The notes below the pieces were generated by a model. That model was not told the origin of the DNA. It ran no database searches and worked only from the letters and a program-made list of their open reading frames with translations. From positions 32,001 through 96,000 of the forward strand of contig CAVRJG010000033.1 in the NCBI GenBank assembly GCA_963721455.1: a stretch of DNA of 64,000 nucleotides, given 5' to 3'. Of the stretch, positions 30,731 through 42,280 are shown in pieces. Made by a program: the position numbers and the translations under genes. This DNA comes from an uncultured Methanosarcinaceae archaeon. GTDB taxonomy: Archaea; Halobacteriota; Methanosarcinia; Methanosarcinales; Methanosarcinaceae. Positions within the stretch are counted from its first letter, which is position 1. Every line of letters starts with the position of its first letter.

Positions 30731-31957
30731 ATGACTCCTGAAAAAAAGGATATACCGGAAATTCCATTGAGGGATGCTCCAGTGAAGGACAAAAATATAG
30801 AAGTCCTCTCCATGCCCGGATTATCAGTGAACCTTCAAAATGCCGGGGACACCCTGGAACTTACAGCAAGCGGAACCCTGAAAGCAGTCTGCAGCCCTAT
30901 CCTGAAGAAAATTAATTCCCGCCTGAGGGAGGAAAAGCCAGCCCTCGTACAGGAAGACAGAGTCATTGCCTCGGCCTGGCTCCCTCCAATTCCGAGCCCG
31001 GTTTTCAAACGTCTCATTTTTGCAGAAATACAGATAGCCCTGGGGAAATACATTCCAGAAACCGTATCCATCGAACTTACCCGCCAGAACGGTTCGAGAT
31101 ATCCGCCTGAAACAATCGCAGACGAACTGGATACGGGCACCATTAAAAGAATAATAGACGAAGCCCTTGAACTTGGCACTTTCACTATCACATTTACCGA
31201 GAATGATCCTCTACTGCGCGAAGAAATCTTCGAGCTTATCAGGTATGTGGATAAAAAACGCGCTATAGTAAACTGTTCCACATGGGGTACGGACTTTTCA
31301 AGAGAAACTGCCTCCCGCCTGAAAGAAGCAGGGCTTCATTCCCTGATGGTGGGGATTTACTCAACTGACCCTGAAAAACACGATTCTATCCGAAAGTCTG
31401 AGGGAGCATATGAAAGAGCGGTTTCTGCCATAAAATTTGCACTTGAAGCCGGGCTAATGGTCGTAATGACAACCCACGCCTCTCCCTCAAACATTCAGGA
31501 ACTCCCAGCCCTCTATTCCCTTGCATCGGAACTGGGGGTACATGAATTTTCAGTCTGGGAAGCAATGCCTAAAAACAGGGATGAGCCCGCAATCACTGAT
31601 GGAAACAGAAAAAATATCCTTGAAATGTACCACAGGATAAACACCCGTCCCGAAGGCCCTCGAATGTTTGCAAATACCTATTTTGAAGGGCAGATGATGG
31701 GGGCAATGGCAGGCAGGCGCTGGATGCATGTAACGGCAGACGGAGACGTAAAACCCAGCCCTTACCCCCCTTTCAGTTTTGGGAACATAAAAGAAGAACC
31801 CTTGAAAGAGCATTGGCAAAGAATCAGGAGTTACCCTTATTTCCAGAAGCAGAAAAGCTTGACCCCCATGCATGACCCCGAGTTTTTGGAGTTTGTTGAT
31901 AGAATTCCGGCAGGAGCAAAATTGCCCTATCCTTTTGAAAAGGTTTGTAGAAAATAA
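30731..31957 (+). CDS. Radical SAM/SPASM-like protein lacking Fe-S cysteine motifs
   Basis: Recognisable rSAM scaffold (VSIELT, ITFTENDPLLRE, PEKHDSIR...GAYERAVSAI) and SPASM-like HVTADGDVKP...FGNIKEEPL, but no CxxxCxxC. Confidence 0.7.
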   Translation: MTPEKKDIPEIPLRDAPVKDKNIEVLSMPGLSVNLQNAGDTLELTASGTLKAVCSPILKKINSRLREEKPALVQEDRVIASAWLPPIPSPVFKRLIFAEIQIALGKYIPETVSIELTRQNGSRYPPETIADELDTGTIKRIIDEALELGTFTITFTENDPLLREEIFELIRYVDKKRAIVNCSTWGTDFSRETASRLKEAGLHSLMVGIYSTDPEKHDSIRKSEGAYERAVSAIKFALEAGLMVVMTTHASPSNIQELPALYSLASELGVHEFSVWEAMPKNRDEPAITDGNRKNILEMYHRINTRPEGPRMFANTYFEGQMMGAMAGRRWMHVTADGDVKPSPYPPFSFGNIKEEPLKEHWQRIRSYPYFQKQKSLTPMHDPEFLEFVDRIPAGAKLPYPFEKVCRK

Positions 31958-32275
31958 CCACTGGATAACCGGTTAGAGCACCTTTTTATAGTGATTTCCC
32001 TCTGGCATTTTTATATCTCCTTTTTTAGCCTATTTTTAGCCTAATTTTTTTCAGCAGAGCCCGCCGTAAACCAGGAGAGTTAAGAGCGACATACAGCTGG
32101 AAAGAAATGTCAATTCCCGGAACTGAATGCTCGAAGATAAACATTTACATATTAGCAGGTATTTTTAAAGAGCAATTTAGCTGGAACTGCGTTTATATCT
32201 TTAATTATGTCCAGCAAGAGAAAGCTGTCTGCCTGAGGCATTTCCCCAGAAGATCGGCAGCCCATGAGGGACTTT

Positions 32276-33752
32276 ATGAATACCAAACTTGACCCGTGGA
32301 GTTCAAGCGAGATTAATGACTATTCCAAGTTATTCGAAGAATTCGGGATTTCTCCTTTTGATAATTTGCTTCCTGAAATCCCCTCCCCGCATATGTACAT
32401 GCGGAGAAGAGTTATCTTCGGGCACCGTGATTACGAACAGATTGCAGAGGCCATGCGGACAGGTGCCCCTTTTTCGGTCATGGACGGATTTATGCCCTCC
32501 GGGAAGGTTCACCTTGGGCACAAGATGGTTATGGACCAGATAATCTGGCACCAGCAAATGGGAGCGTCGGCTTTTGTTGGAATTGCGGACAGGGAGGCGT
32601 TCTCGGTACGCGGCTTTTCCTGGCAGAAATGCAGGGAAATTGGGATAGAAGAATACATATTAAGCCTTATTGCTCTCGGTTTCAAGCCAGATGGCCTTAT
32701 TTACTTCCAGTCAGGCTGTGAAAACGTCAAGGACCTGGCATTTGAACTCGGGGCCAGGGTCAATTTCTCAGAACTGAGCGCCATCTATGGTTTTTCAGGA
32801 GAGACAAACCTCTCCCACATGATCAGTGTGGCAACCCAGGCTGCAGATATCCTCCAGCCCCAGCTCCAGAAATTCGGAGGGCCAAAGCCGGTTGTTGTCC
32901 CTGTAGGGCCTGACCAGGACCCTCACCTGCGGCTGACGCGGGGGCTTGCAGGCAAGATGAGTATGTTCAGGGTAGAGGAAAGAGAAAATGCAAATGGCTG
33001 GAAATACCTGAGCGTTCGCGGCAAAGGAGCTCCGAAGGAAGCTTTACAAGAGCTTAAAAAACGTATTCCTGGTAAGGTAAAACTCTATGAAGAGCACCTG
33101 GACTTAATCGAGACTCCGGATTATCCATTCCTGGAAAGACTTGTGTTTGCAAATAAACCAGCCTGAAAAAAAGAAATACTTTACGACCGAGATTGAAGGG
33201 GGCTCCAAATTTGCCAATGAACTTAAACCACCTGAATTCTCCGAGTATGAAGAATATTTTGTTTTCAGAAAGATCTGGAAACTTACCAGGAAAATATTAG
33301 AGGAAATTGTGGCGGAAGTGACCGCTGAATTCGGAGGCTACGCTTTCATCCCTCCTGCATCTACCTATCACCGCTTTATGAGCGGGTTGCAGGGAGGAAA
33401 AATGTCGAGCAGCGTCCCTGACAGTTATATCGCTCTCACTGACGACCCGAAGGAAGGCGCAAAAAAGGTAAAGAGAGCAAAGACCGGGGGCTGTGTGACC
33501 CTGGAAGAACAGAAAAAACTGGGCGGAAAACCCGATGAATGTTCAGTCTTCGAACTGATGCTTTTCCACCTGCTTGGAGACGATGAGGAATTACTGGAAA
33601 TCAGGCAGGAATGCGTATCAGGAACCAGAATGTGCGGCTCATGCAAGCAGCTTGCAGCCGAAAAGATGTACGAGTTCCTTAAAGACCATCAGGAGAAGCG
33701 GGAACTTGCAAGGGAAAATCTCGATGAATATCAAATAATTTGCAAAAAGTAA
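32276..33752 (+). CDS. trpS: Tryptophan--tRNA ligase, split by a frameshift near 33158
   Basis: The N part has [12 protein letters not shown] and [10 protein letters not shown]. The C part (other frame) has KMSSS and the anticodon-binding domain. Confidence 0.9.
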
Positions 33753-33826
33753 ATTTTGCAAAAAGTAAATCATCATAAACTTATCAGACTCTTAATATTT
33801 TCAGGAATATCAGGATGTGATCACGT

Positions 33827-35305
33827 ATGAGTATTCAGGACAATCTCACAATAAACGAGAAAAAAGTCTTGCTTGCCCTTGAGGAACTGGGGTCTGCAGC
33901 CCCCGAAAGACTGGAAGAGAAGTCAGGTCTGCAGGTAGATGCGGCAATGCAGGCGGCTTTCATGCTTGCGGAAAAGGGGCTGGCAACAGTTTCCGAAAAG
34001 GTGCTCGAACGTTATTCTCTTACAAAGGAAGGGGAAGAGTACACAAAAAGCGGGCTTCCAGAGCGCCAGATCATTGACGCCCTGAAAGCGCCGACTTCAG
34101 TTGAAGAGCTGAGGAGCCGTTTCTCTCCGCAGATGGTAGGAATTGCAACCGGCTGGCTCGTAAAAAAAGGATGGGCAAAGGTTGAAAACGGAGTAATGGT
34201 GCCTTCTGGAAAAGCGCATGCAGGAAAAGATGAGGAAGCCCTTGCAGCTTTCACAGGCAAAGCAAAAAGCCTGGAAGCCCTTGCAGCCGACGAAGGGGCA
34301 GTAAAAGACCTTCTCAAGCGCAAACTTGTCGTAAGGCACGAAGAAAAAATCAGGACTGTTTTCATAACTGATGCAGGAAATGCGCTTGCAGCTCAGGGGA
34401 TTGTCCTTGAAGAGGAAATTGCCCAGATCACATCCGATTTACTGAAGAGCGGGGCCTGGAAAGAAAAAAAATTCAGGCCTTACCGCCTCGATATCACTCC
34501 TAAGCCCCTTTATGGGGCCAAGATCCATCCTTACAGGCGCCTGATAGAGCAGATGCGCCAGATCTTCCTGGAAATGGGCTTTACCGAGATTAAAGGAGGC
34601 ATAATCCAGAGTTCTTTCTGGAACTTCGATGCCCTTTTCCAGCCTCAGGACCACCCTGCAAGGGATATGCAGGACACTTTCCACCTGGGAAGTACCTGCC
34701 AGCTCCCTGCTGAATATCCAGAAAAGGTAGCTGCAATGCATGAGTGCGGAGGAGATATTGATTCCTGTGGCTGGGGCGGGATCTGGGATAGGGAACTTGC
34801 AGGGCGCAATGTGTTGAGAACCCATACAACCGCAGTCACTATAAAGTACCTGGCAGACAATCCCAAACCACCAGTAAAAGCCTTCTGCATTGACAGGGCT
34901 TACCGCAGGGAAACAATTGACCCTACTCATACCCCTGAATTCGAGCAGCTTGAAGGAGTTGTAATGGATAAAGACATGTCCTTTGCAGACCTGCTCGGAT
35001 TACTGGCAGAGTTCTACCACAGGATGGGATTCGAAGAAATCCGCTTCCGCCCTGGCTATTTCCCATACACCGAACCGAGCGTGGAACCCGAAGTTTATGT
35101 TGACGGCCTCGGCTGGGTTGAGCTTGGAGGCGCAGGCGTTTTCAGAAAAGAAGTTACAGAACCTTTCGGGATCAAGGAGCCCGTTCTTGCCTGGGGGTTA
35201 GGAGTCAGCCGGCTTGCCATGCTGAAACTGGGGCTTAAAGACCTGAGGGTCCTTTACCAGTCCGATATCGACTGGCTCAGAAAGAGCGAGGTTTGCAGGA
35301 TCTGA
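33827..35305 (+). CDS. pheS: Phenylalanine--tRNA ligase alpha subunit
   Basis: [46 protein letters not shown] and [11 protein letters not shown]. Confidence 0.97.
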   Translation: MSIQDNLTINEKKVLLALEELGSAAPERLEEKSGLQVDAAMQAAFMLAEKGLATVSEKVLERYSLTKEGEEYTKSGLPERQIIDALKAPTSVEELRSRFSPQMVGIATGWLVKKGWAKVENGVMVPSGKAHAGKDEEALAAFTGKAKSLEALAADEGAVKDLLKRKLVVRHEEKIRTVFITDAGNALAAQGIVLEEEIAQITSDLLKSGAWKEKKFRPYRLDITPKPLYGAKIHPYRRLIEQMRQIFLEMGFTEIKGGIIQSSFWNFDALFQPQDHPARDMQDTFHLGSTCQLPAEYPEKVAAMHECGGDIDSCGWGGIWDRELAGRNVLRTHTTAVTIKYLADNPKPPVKAFCIDRAYRRETIDPTHTPEFEQLEGVVMDKDMSFADLLGLLAEFYHRMGFEEIRFRPGYFPYTEPSVEPEVYVDGLGWVELGGAGVFRKEVTEPFGIKEPVLAWGLGVSRLAMLKLGLKDLRVLYQSDIDWLRKSEVCRI

Positions 35306-35543
35306 GAGCTGAATTCCGGCTCGTAACCTGACACTGTCAGGTTAAAACTTTTATTTATCACCTCAAATAAGAAGCAATAACCGTCATAGTTATAAAAACT
35401 AAATGGGGAGAAGCATTTACTTTACTGCACTTTAGTTTCTAAGTATATATTCTTTAGTAAATATATAGTTACATAATATATTAATTTAATAAAATCGAGC
35501 ATGAATACATTGCCTCAGTAACCAGATTAAATAGGGGGAAATA

Positions 35544-35867
35544 ATGGAAGGTAGTTCGTCAGACTCTATGACTGCACCTAAAGAGTTGCAGAGTGTCACA
35601 GAGCACCATAAAGCATCCAAACCGTCAGAAGCAGCTGCGAATATTGGCGTAGCGATCAAGTACTGGCTTGAACTGAAGCCCTATCCTCCAGGCAGTGCGA
35701 GAAGTTTATGGCTTTTTGTGAATGATGATTGGAGGCATCTGGACGACCCGGATCCTGGCACTCAAATATCTGTGCAACAAGCCTTTTGTGAATGCTCTCA
35801 ACGCTTAGAGGTTCTGGTCTGGTACTCCGGAGATGCAATTGAAGGGCTGGTAGTAAAAACGAAGTAA
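35544..35867 (+). CDS. Hypothetical protein
   Basis: 107-aa ORF with a purine-rich RBS and an AT-rich promoter region upstream. Confidence 0.6.
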   Translation: MEGSSSDSMTAPKELQSVTEHHKASKPSEAAANIGVAIKYWLELKPYPPGSARSLWLFVNDDWRHLDDPDPGTQISVQQAFCECSQRLEVLVWYSGDAIEGLVVKTK

Positions 35868-36168
35868 TCGGACTCTATCCGTAATCTTTTTACTTTTCTT
35901 TTTACTTTACGGGTAATTCGATAGGCTGGCTAACAAATCTAACCTCAAATCAAACCCTCCTGCGCCAGACCGCAGGCAACTTTCCTTTTATCTCACTTTT
36001 ACCTTCTCATGACAGCTTTTTTCATGCATATGACGGATTTAGCAGGGCTTTTTGCATGCCCATATCCGAAAACAAAATGGGAAAAATACCATTAAATAAC
36101 CGCGAATCCTAATTTCTAGCACAAAAATGTCGGAAAAGAAAAGAGAATAACCGGAATAGAAGTGGACT

Positions 36169-36519
36169 ATGAACAGAAACAGGTACTGGAAAGTCACGGA
36201 AAGAGATTGGTACGGAACGGCTCTGGCACTCCTCGCATTCGTTGCAGTAATTGTCATATTATCGGTTTTCCTGCTTCCAGGCTACTGGTATCTCTGGCTC
36301 CTGGTCATTGGAGGGGGCGTTGCCCTGCTTGCGGAATGGCATGCTAAAAACTTTGCCTATCGCTGCCCTGCATGCGGCGAAGTTTTCGAAGTTTCAACTC
36401 TGGAGGATTTCCTTGGCCCTGATGTCGTAAATAAGAAGTACCTGAAATGTCCGAAGTGTGGGAAACGAGCCTGGACTGATATTCTGAAAATTAAAGAACA
36501 AACTGTCATCAAGAAGTAA
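36169..36519 (+). CDS. Membrane protein with C-terminal zinc ribbon
   Basis: Two TM helices, then CPACG...CPKCG. Confidence 0.75.
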   Translation: MNRNRYWKVTERDWYGTALALLAFVAVIVILSVFLLPGYWYLWLLVIGGGVALLAEWHAKNFAYRCPACGEVFEVSTLEDFLGPDVVNKKYLKCPKCGKRAWTDILKIKEQTVIKK

Positions 36520-36617
36520 ACCTTTATCTGAAAGCCGAAGATGCCGGTTGTGGAAAAGGGAGAGGGAAACCTGAATATCTACAGGAAAAAGCTTCAGGGA
36601 ATAGATCTTGAGGAAAC

Positions 36618-37964
36618 ATGAAGAAAGATCAGGAAAGCGAAAATCCGAGAAATAGTCCCGATCTTCATGCAGGAGAAAGTATTTCCCTCCTTCCTCTCCT
36701 TGCTGTCAACTTCATAGGAACCCTCGGATTCAGTATTGTGCTCCCATTCCTGGTGTTTCTGGTGAACCGGCTGGGAGGCAATGCCTTCGTCTACGGGCTT
36801 GCAAGTTCCATGTATCCGGCCTTTCAGCTTATAGGTGCCCCGATTCTGGGCAGGTGGTCTGACATTTACGGGCGTAAGAAAATCCTGTTTTTAAGCCAGT
36901 TAGGGACCCTGCTCTCATGGATTATCTTTCTTGGGGCTCTTTTTCTTCCGGTCGTAACCCTCTTTAAAGTCGATTCGAAAATCCTGGGAGTTTTTGCCTT
37001 TACCCTGCCCCTGGCAGTGCTCTTTTTTGCCAGGGCTTTTGACGGGCTGACCGGAGGAAACGTGTCTGTAGCCAATGCCTATCTGGCGGACATTACCGCA
37101 GAAAGGGATAGGAACCGGAACTTCGGAAAGATGTCGATTTCCTCAAATCTCGGGTTTATAGTTGGCCCTGCCCTTGCCGGGATTTTGAGTGTAACACAGT
37201 ATGGAGACGCAGCTCCTGTGCTGGGCGCAATAATAATTTCGCTTATCGGAACCTTACTTATTATATATTATATCCCGGAAAACAAAGAGTGCTCTCTTGA
37301 AGAGCCTGCCGATACAGATAATGTACGAAAAAACTTTGCCTACGAGCTAAAGGAATGCAGAACCACACGGGAAACAAGAAAACCTACCTTCAGGGAAGTT
37401 TCAAAACTTCCTAATATTCCCTATATGCTCGGCCTCTATTTTTTGATCTTTCTTGGTTTCAACATCTTCTACACTGCTTTTCCACTGCACGCAATAGCAG
37501 TCCTGGACTGGAACATTGCACAGATGGGAGTCTACTTTACGGTTCTGAGCGCACTGCTGATAATCGTGCAGGGCACCGTGCTTCCGAAGGCTTCGAGAAG
37601 GTATTCGGATGCAACTCTTATAATCTTTGGAAGCTTGATGCTTGGTACGAACTTTTTACTGCTGATCCCTGGAAACCTCTTCCTGACCTACCTTGCAACA
37701 GGATTTTTCGCACTTGGAGACGGGCTTATGTGGCCTTCCTTCCTCTCTCTTTTATCAAAAATTGTAGGGAGTGAATACCAGGGTACGGTGCAGGGGTTTG
37801 CCAGCAGTTTCGGGGGCCTTGCCAGTATTGCAGGACTGATCCTTGGCGGTCTTTTATATGAAATGCTTGCAGGAAATGCTTTTTTGATTGCAGGCCTGGT
37901 AATCTACATCGTTTTTTTGCTAAATTTCAGGCTCAGGCTTTTTGAGAAAGAACTAAAACACTGA
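36618..37964 (+). CDS. MFS transporter (DHA1/TetA-like)
   Basis: GRWSDIYGRK motif A, ARAFDGLTGG, GFIVGPALAG motif C and about 12 TM segments. Confidence 0.9.
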   Translation: MKKDQESENPRNSPDLHAGESISLLPLLAVNFIGTLGFSIVLPFLVFLVNRLGGNAFVYGLASSMYPAFQLIGAPILGRWSDIYGRKKILFLSQLGTLLSWIIFLGALFLPVVTLFKVDSKILGVFAFTLPLAVLFFARAFDGLTGGNVSVANAYLADITAERDRNRNFGKMSISSNLGFIVGPALAGILSVTQYGDAAPVLGAIIISLIGTLLIIYYIPENKECSLEEPADTDNVRKNFAYELKECRTTRETRKPTFREVSKLPNIPYMLGLYFLIFLGFNIFYTAFPLHAIAVLDWNIAQMGVYFTVLSALLIIVQGTVLPKASRRYSDATLIIFGSLMLGTNFLLLIPGNLFLTYLATGFFALGDGLMWPSFLSLLSKIVGSEYQGTVQGFASSFGGLASIAGLILGGLLYEMLAGNAFLIAGLVIYIVFLLNFRLRLFEKELKH

Positions 37965-38194
37965 ATCAGGAAAGCGAATCATATCGTTGTCAAGTGTCCA
38001 TTACATAATAAAAAGACAGGAAGAATAAAGGCTTCCTGAACCCATTCAAGGAAATTTATCCTCAAGTTTAAGGTTTTTCAGCTTATTTTTTACCCTTCCT
38101 TCCTATAAGTCTTGAAATAAATCGAATTCCTGCAACAGCCAGTGCGGCTAAAGCAAGTATCTTTTCCAGTTTGCGAATCATTCTCAGCATCAAA

Positions 38195-40556
38195 TCACCC
38201 CATCTTTAATGTTCTTGCATTTATAGCTACAATCACGGTACTCAGGCTCATAAGAACTGCACCCATAGCAGGACTCAGTAAGATTCCGTATCCATAGAGC
38301 ACCCCTGCTGCAAGAGGGATTGCAAAAACGTTGTACCCGGTTGCCCAGAGAAGGTTCTGATACATCTTGGAGTAAGTCCTTCTGGAAAGCCCGATAATAT
38401 TCAGAACGTCTCTCAGGATCGTTTTTAACCAGCACTATATCAGCAGTTTCGATTGCAACATCCGTACCTGCACCGATAGCTATCCCGACATCAGCCTGGG
38501 CAAGTGCAGGTGCATCATTAACTCCGTCCCCGACCATGCCTGTGATGTACTGCTTCTGGACTTCTTTGACCTTTTCTGCCTTTTCATGAGGAAGAACTTC
38601 TGCGAAGTAATCGTCAAGCTCCAGCTCTCTGGCTACCCAGGCAGCCACATAACGATTATCCCCTGTGAGCATGAGGCATTTTATTCCCATGCCTTTGAGC
38701 TTCGAGATTGCTTCCCTGGACTCCTTCCGGATAATATCGGCAAGGGCAAGGGCTCCAAGTACTTTCTCTCCCTCAAGCAGGAACACAACGGTTTTTCCCT
38801 GTTCTTTAATTTCTTCAATTTTTTCATCTTTGAGAGTAATTCCCTTTTCTTCAAGATAACCCGGACTCACGACAAGAAACTTTTTTCCTTCAACCAGGCC
38901 CTGTACACCCTTTCCGGGAATTGAACTGAATTCTTCCACTGGTCGGGTCTCCAGTCCTTTTTCCCGCGCACTTTCCAGAATGCCTGTTGCAATAGGATGT
39001 TCAGAACTGGCTTCCAGGGAAGCTGCCAGGCTCAGGATTGTTTTATTTTCCTCTCCGGTTCCGATTTCCTCTCCTGAAAGAGAGACTATATCCGTGACTC
39101 CGAACCGTCCTTCCGTGAGTGTGCCTGTTTTGTCAAAAATGAGAGCCTGAAGGTTGCGTGCTCTCTCAAATGCCTGCCTGTCCCTGATAAGAAGCCCGGA
39201 TTTTGCGGCAATGGAAGTTGAAACTGCAACAACAAGCGGGATTGCAAGCCCAAGGGCATGCGGACAGGTAATAACCATTACAGTAACTGCCCTTTCCAGG
39301 GCAAAGACAAGCTGCTGGCCGAAGAAAATCCAGAGGACAAAAGTGAGAGTTCCGACAGTAAGGGCTATGACCGTAAGGTACATTGCAGCCCTGTTTGCCA
39401 GATCCTGGGTTTTTGACTTGCTTTCCTGGGCAGTCCTGACGAGTTCGACAACCTGGCTGAGATAGGTATCCTTCCCGGTTTTTTCTACCTTCACAACAAA
39501 AGCTGCCTCTCCGTTAATTGAACCGCCGATAACTTCATTTCCCGGTTTTTTCGTGACAGGCTTCGACTCTCCTGTGAGCATTGATTCGTTGACGCTGCTC
39601 GTTCCGTCGACAACAGTCCCGTCAACAGGCACCTTTTCCCCTGGCTTGATCAGAACCTTATCCCCGATTTTTAGCTGGTCAACATTTACGTCAACAGTTT
39701 CTCCGTCTTTTTTCAGGTGAGCAACCGACGGCATGATCTTTACGAGTTCCTCAAGAGCTCTTGAAGCTCCCATTACGGAACGCATCTCCAGCCAGTGCCC
39801 GAGCAGCATTACATCGATAAGGGTCACGAGTTCCCAGAAGAACACCCCTCCGGGAAGCCCGAAAACTACAGCAGAGCTGTAAAAATAAGCCACACTGATA
39901 GCAACCGCTATCAGAGTCATCATTCCAGGCGATTTTTCAGCAAGCTCTTCTTTTATCCCCTTAAGAAAAGGATAACCGCCGTAGAAATAAACGGCAGAGG
40001 ACAGCAAAAAGGTGACGAAATCCGCGCCCTGAAAACGGAGTTCAAATCCAAAAAAATCCTGGATCGTAGGGGAGAGCAGCAAAACCGGGAAGGTCAGTAT
40101 AAAAGAAACAATGAATCTTTTCCTGAAATCTGCGAGCATGTGGGTATGATGATTGCCGTGATCTTTCCCGCCTGAAGGTTCATGACCCTGATGCTGCATT
40201 CCCTCATGCTTTTCATGACCCTCATGTTTCATTTCTTCATGCTGCTCGTGTTTCATTTCCTCATGCGGCTCTTGATTTTGAGGATTCATTTCTTCGTGCT
40301 GCCCATGATCCTGCTGTTCTCCTTCTCCGTGCTGCTCATGATGGGACTTCTCTCCGGAATCCTGTTCAGGATCTTCCGCATGACCTTCATGCAGCATATC
40401 TCTGGCAGACTTATCCCTACTCATTTCGTGCGATTCATGGGAGTTTCCGGACATTTCCCTTCCGGAATTATGGTTTTTATCGTGAAAGGAAGGCTCATCT
40501 ACTTGAATTTTAGAACTATCAGTACCCATCCCCTTCTCTCCAGCCTGCATATCCAC
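38195..40556 (-). CDS. Copper-translocating P1B-type ATPase (CopB-like) with His-rich N-terminus; frameshift near 38414
   Basis: [23 protein letters not shown] and [10 protein letters not shown]. The expected C-terminus ([27 protein letters not shown]...[11 protein letters not shown]) continues in another frame to the TGA at 38195. Confidence 0.9.
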
Positions 40557-40970
40557 ATACCTATGATTTTAATTTTATTAGATATATTATAATTTCAATA
40601 TTATTTGAAAATAAAAGAATCAAATATCCTGATCCGAAAAAAATAAATTCTTTTTTAAAGCAAGAGAGTAGTCTCAAAGCCTATTCAGTTAATTCACATG
40701 GATAGAGTACATCAGAAAGATGGATGCAGTAAATCCGAAAAGCGAATACTTTTGCGACGCTATTGAGATCTATCGGTTCATTCATCACAGAAAAACTCAA
40801 ATCAGGCGTTTTATGACCAGATAATTCAAAGAATTAACATTGAAAGGATAAAAATGAGAAAGTCTGAAAAAAATATTTATAAACAAACGCAGAGAAAGGA
40901 TGCCGAAACTAAGCTACTTTAAGCCATTTTAAAAGGGAATAAACGAAAATATATGCATTTGATAAGATAT

Positions 40971-41126
40971 TTAACTGCTCTGTGCTTTCCGGATATCACG
41001 AAGCACAGCAAGGATCAAAATAAAGAACATTATGATGCAAAAGATCCCGATGAAAATAGCATCCCTAAAGGCTATGTCCAGAGGAATATTACTGATAGAT
41101 CCATAATCAGGAGGTAAGTAAGTCAC
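40971..41126 (-). CDS. Putative small single-pass membrane protein (51 aa), not in ORF track
   Basis: GTG-start ORF MTYLPPDYGSISNIPLDIAFRDAIFIGIFCIIMFFILILAVLRDIRKAQSS, with a TM helix followed by basic residues. Confidence 0.45.
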   Translation of the reverse strand: MTYLPPDYGSISNIPLDIAFRDAIFIGIFCIIMFFILILAVLRDIRKAQSS

Positions 41127-41243
41127 ACTTTAATCTATGTAACCAAATATAATAAACTTATCTAATAGTCTCATACAGGAAAAAGAAGGTACTAAGGTAT
41201 ATCAAGATTCAAAAACGCATATGATATGCAGAAACCGAAATCC

Positions 41244-41453
41244 ATGCATGAGGTATTTCTTCTAGAAACTCTATGACACCGGTTTCCACTTTATGATCGG
41301 CTGCATACTAAGGATGAGCAGATAGAAAAGCTAAATAAGGATATGAATAAGCAGGCAGTCCACATTCAAACGCTGATCCGGGAGAACAGCAGGTTAAATC
41401 TCGCGCTTCTTCCGGAGAATACGGAAAGTAAGCCCTGGTGGAAGTTCCGGTAA
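41244..41453 (+). pseudogene. Fragment of a coiled-coil protein ending KPWWKF
   Basis: The frame reads ...KDEQIEKLNKDMNKQAVHIQTLIRENSRLNLALLPENTESKPWWKFR*, with an in-frame TGA upstream. Confidence 0.45.
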
Positions 41454-41484
41454 TAAGAATAAAAGTTAATTGTTAATGGATGCC

Positions 41485-41865
41485 TTATTTGTTTTTATCA
41501 CTATCGTAAAATACGATTTTAACTTTTTCTTCCGTAATCAATCCCTGATTAATTATCTCGTCTAACTTTGGTCTAATTTTATCAATATTCTCTTCAAGAT
41601 CAGCGACTTCAATAAGTATTGGCAAATCAGTTGATAAGCGTAGTATAGAAGTTGTATGAATAAAGCTGTGTTTTCCGAAACCTGTTATGCCCCTGAAAAC
41701 GGTTGCTCCGGCTATACCTTCCGCCTTTAGCATTTCAACAATATGCATATATAATGGCTTGCCTTTGTACCGATCGGACTCTCCTATAAATATTCTCAGT
41801 AATATGGCTGTAGACTCCCTTTTCATTTGACTCCCCTCAATAGCTCTCATTTGATCCGTTTTCAT
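41485..41865 (-). CDS. DUF190 family (PII-like) protein
   Basis: LRIFIGESDRYKGKPLY, GIAGATVFRGITGFG and LRLSTDLP. Typically follows crcB. Confidence 0.88.
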   Translation of the reverse strand: MKTDQMRAIEGSQMKRESTAILLRIFIGESDRYKGKPLYMHIVEMLKAEGIAGATVFRGITGFGKHSFIHTTSILRLSTDLPILIEVADLEENIDKIRPKLDEIINQGLITEEKVKIVFYDSDKNK

Positions 41866-41866
41866 C

Positions 41867-42259
41867 TCATCCCCTCAATAGATAAGTGCTGAAGCTCAGA
41901 GCTACAATCTTACCTGAGTATACAGCCAGCATGGACAATAATACTGTCGATACTAAATTTATCGCCAATAGTGTTAATTTTGAGTCATCAAGTAATCTGA
42001 AGGATTCATAACCAAATGTTGATAATGTTGTAAAAGCTCCTATTACGCCAATTGTCAGAAATATCCTGGTTTCCTCATTAAAGAAACCCTGGTATTCAGA
42101 AAGGTACATTATTAAGCCCAGAAAGAAACTGCCAATAGTGTTTATGATTAGTGTACCTACCGGGAAATTAACAAAGCCGTTCTGTATCCATCCACCTAAT
42201 GTATATCTCAGGATAGCACCTATAAAGCCGCCTATACCTACCAATAAAATAGTATACAC
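41867..42259 (-). CDS. crcB: Fluoride efflux channel CrcB/Fluc
   Basis: GGFIGAILRY, FPVGTLIINTIGSF and GVIGAFTTLSTF. Confidence 0.93.
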   Translation of the reverse strand: MYTILLVGIGGFIGAILRYTLGGWIQNGFVNFPVGTLIINTIGSFFLGLIMYLSEYQGFFNEETRIFLTIGVIGAFTTLSTFGYESFRLLDDSKLTLLAINLVSTVLLSMLAVYSGKIVALSFSTYLLRG

Positions 42260-42280
42260 ATTAAAACCTCAATAATTAAT

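Noticed and set aside
40668-40930. Possible IS-end remnants upstream of the Cu ATPase
   Set aside because: The inverted-repeat match is too short and degenerate to call.
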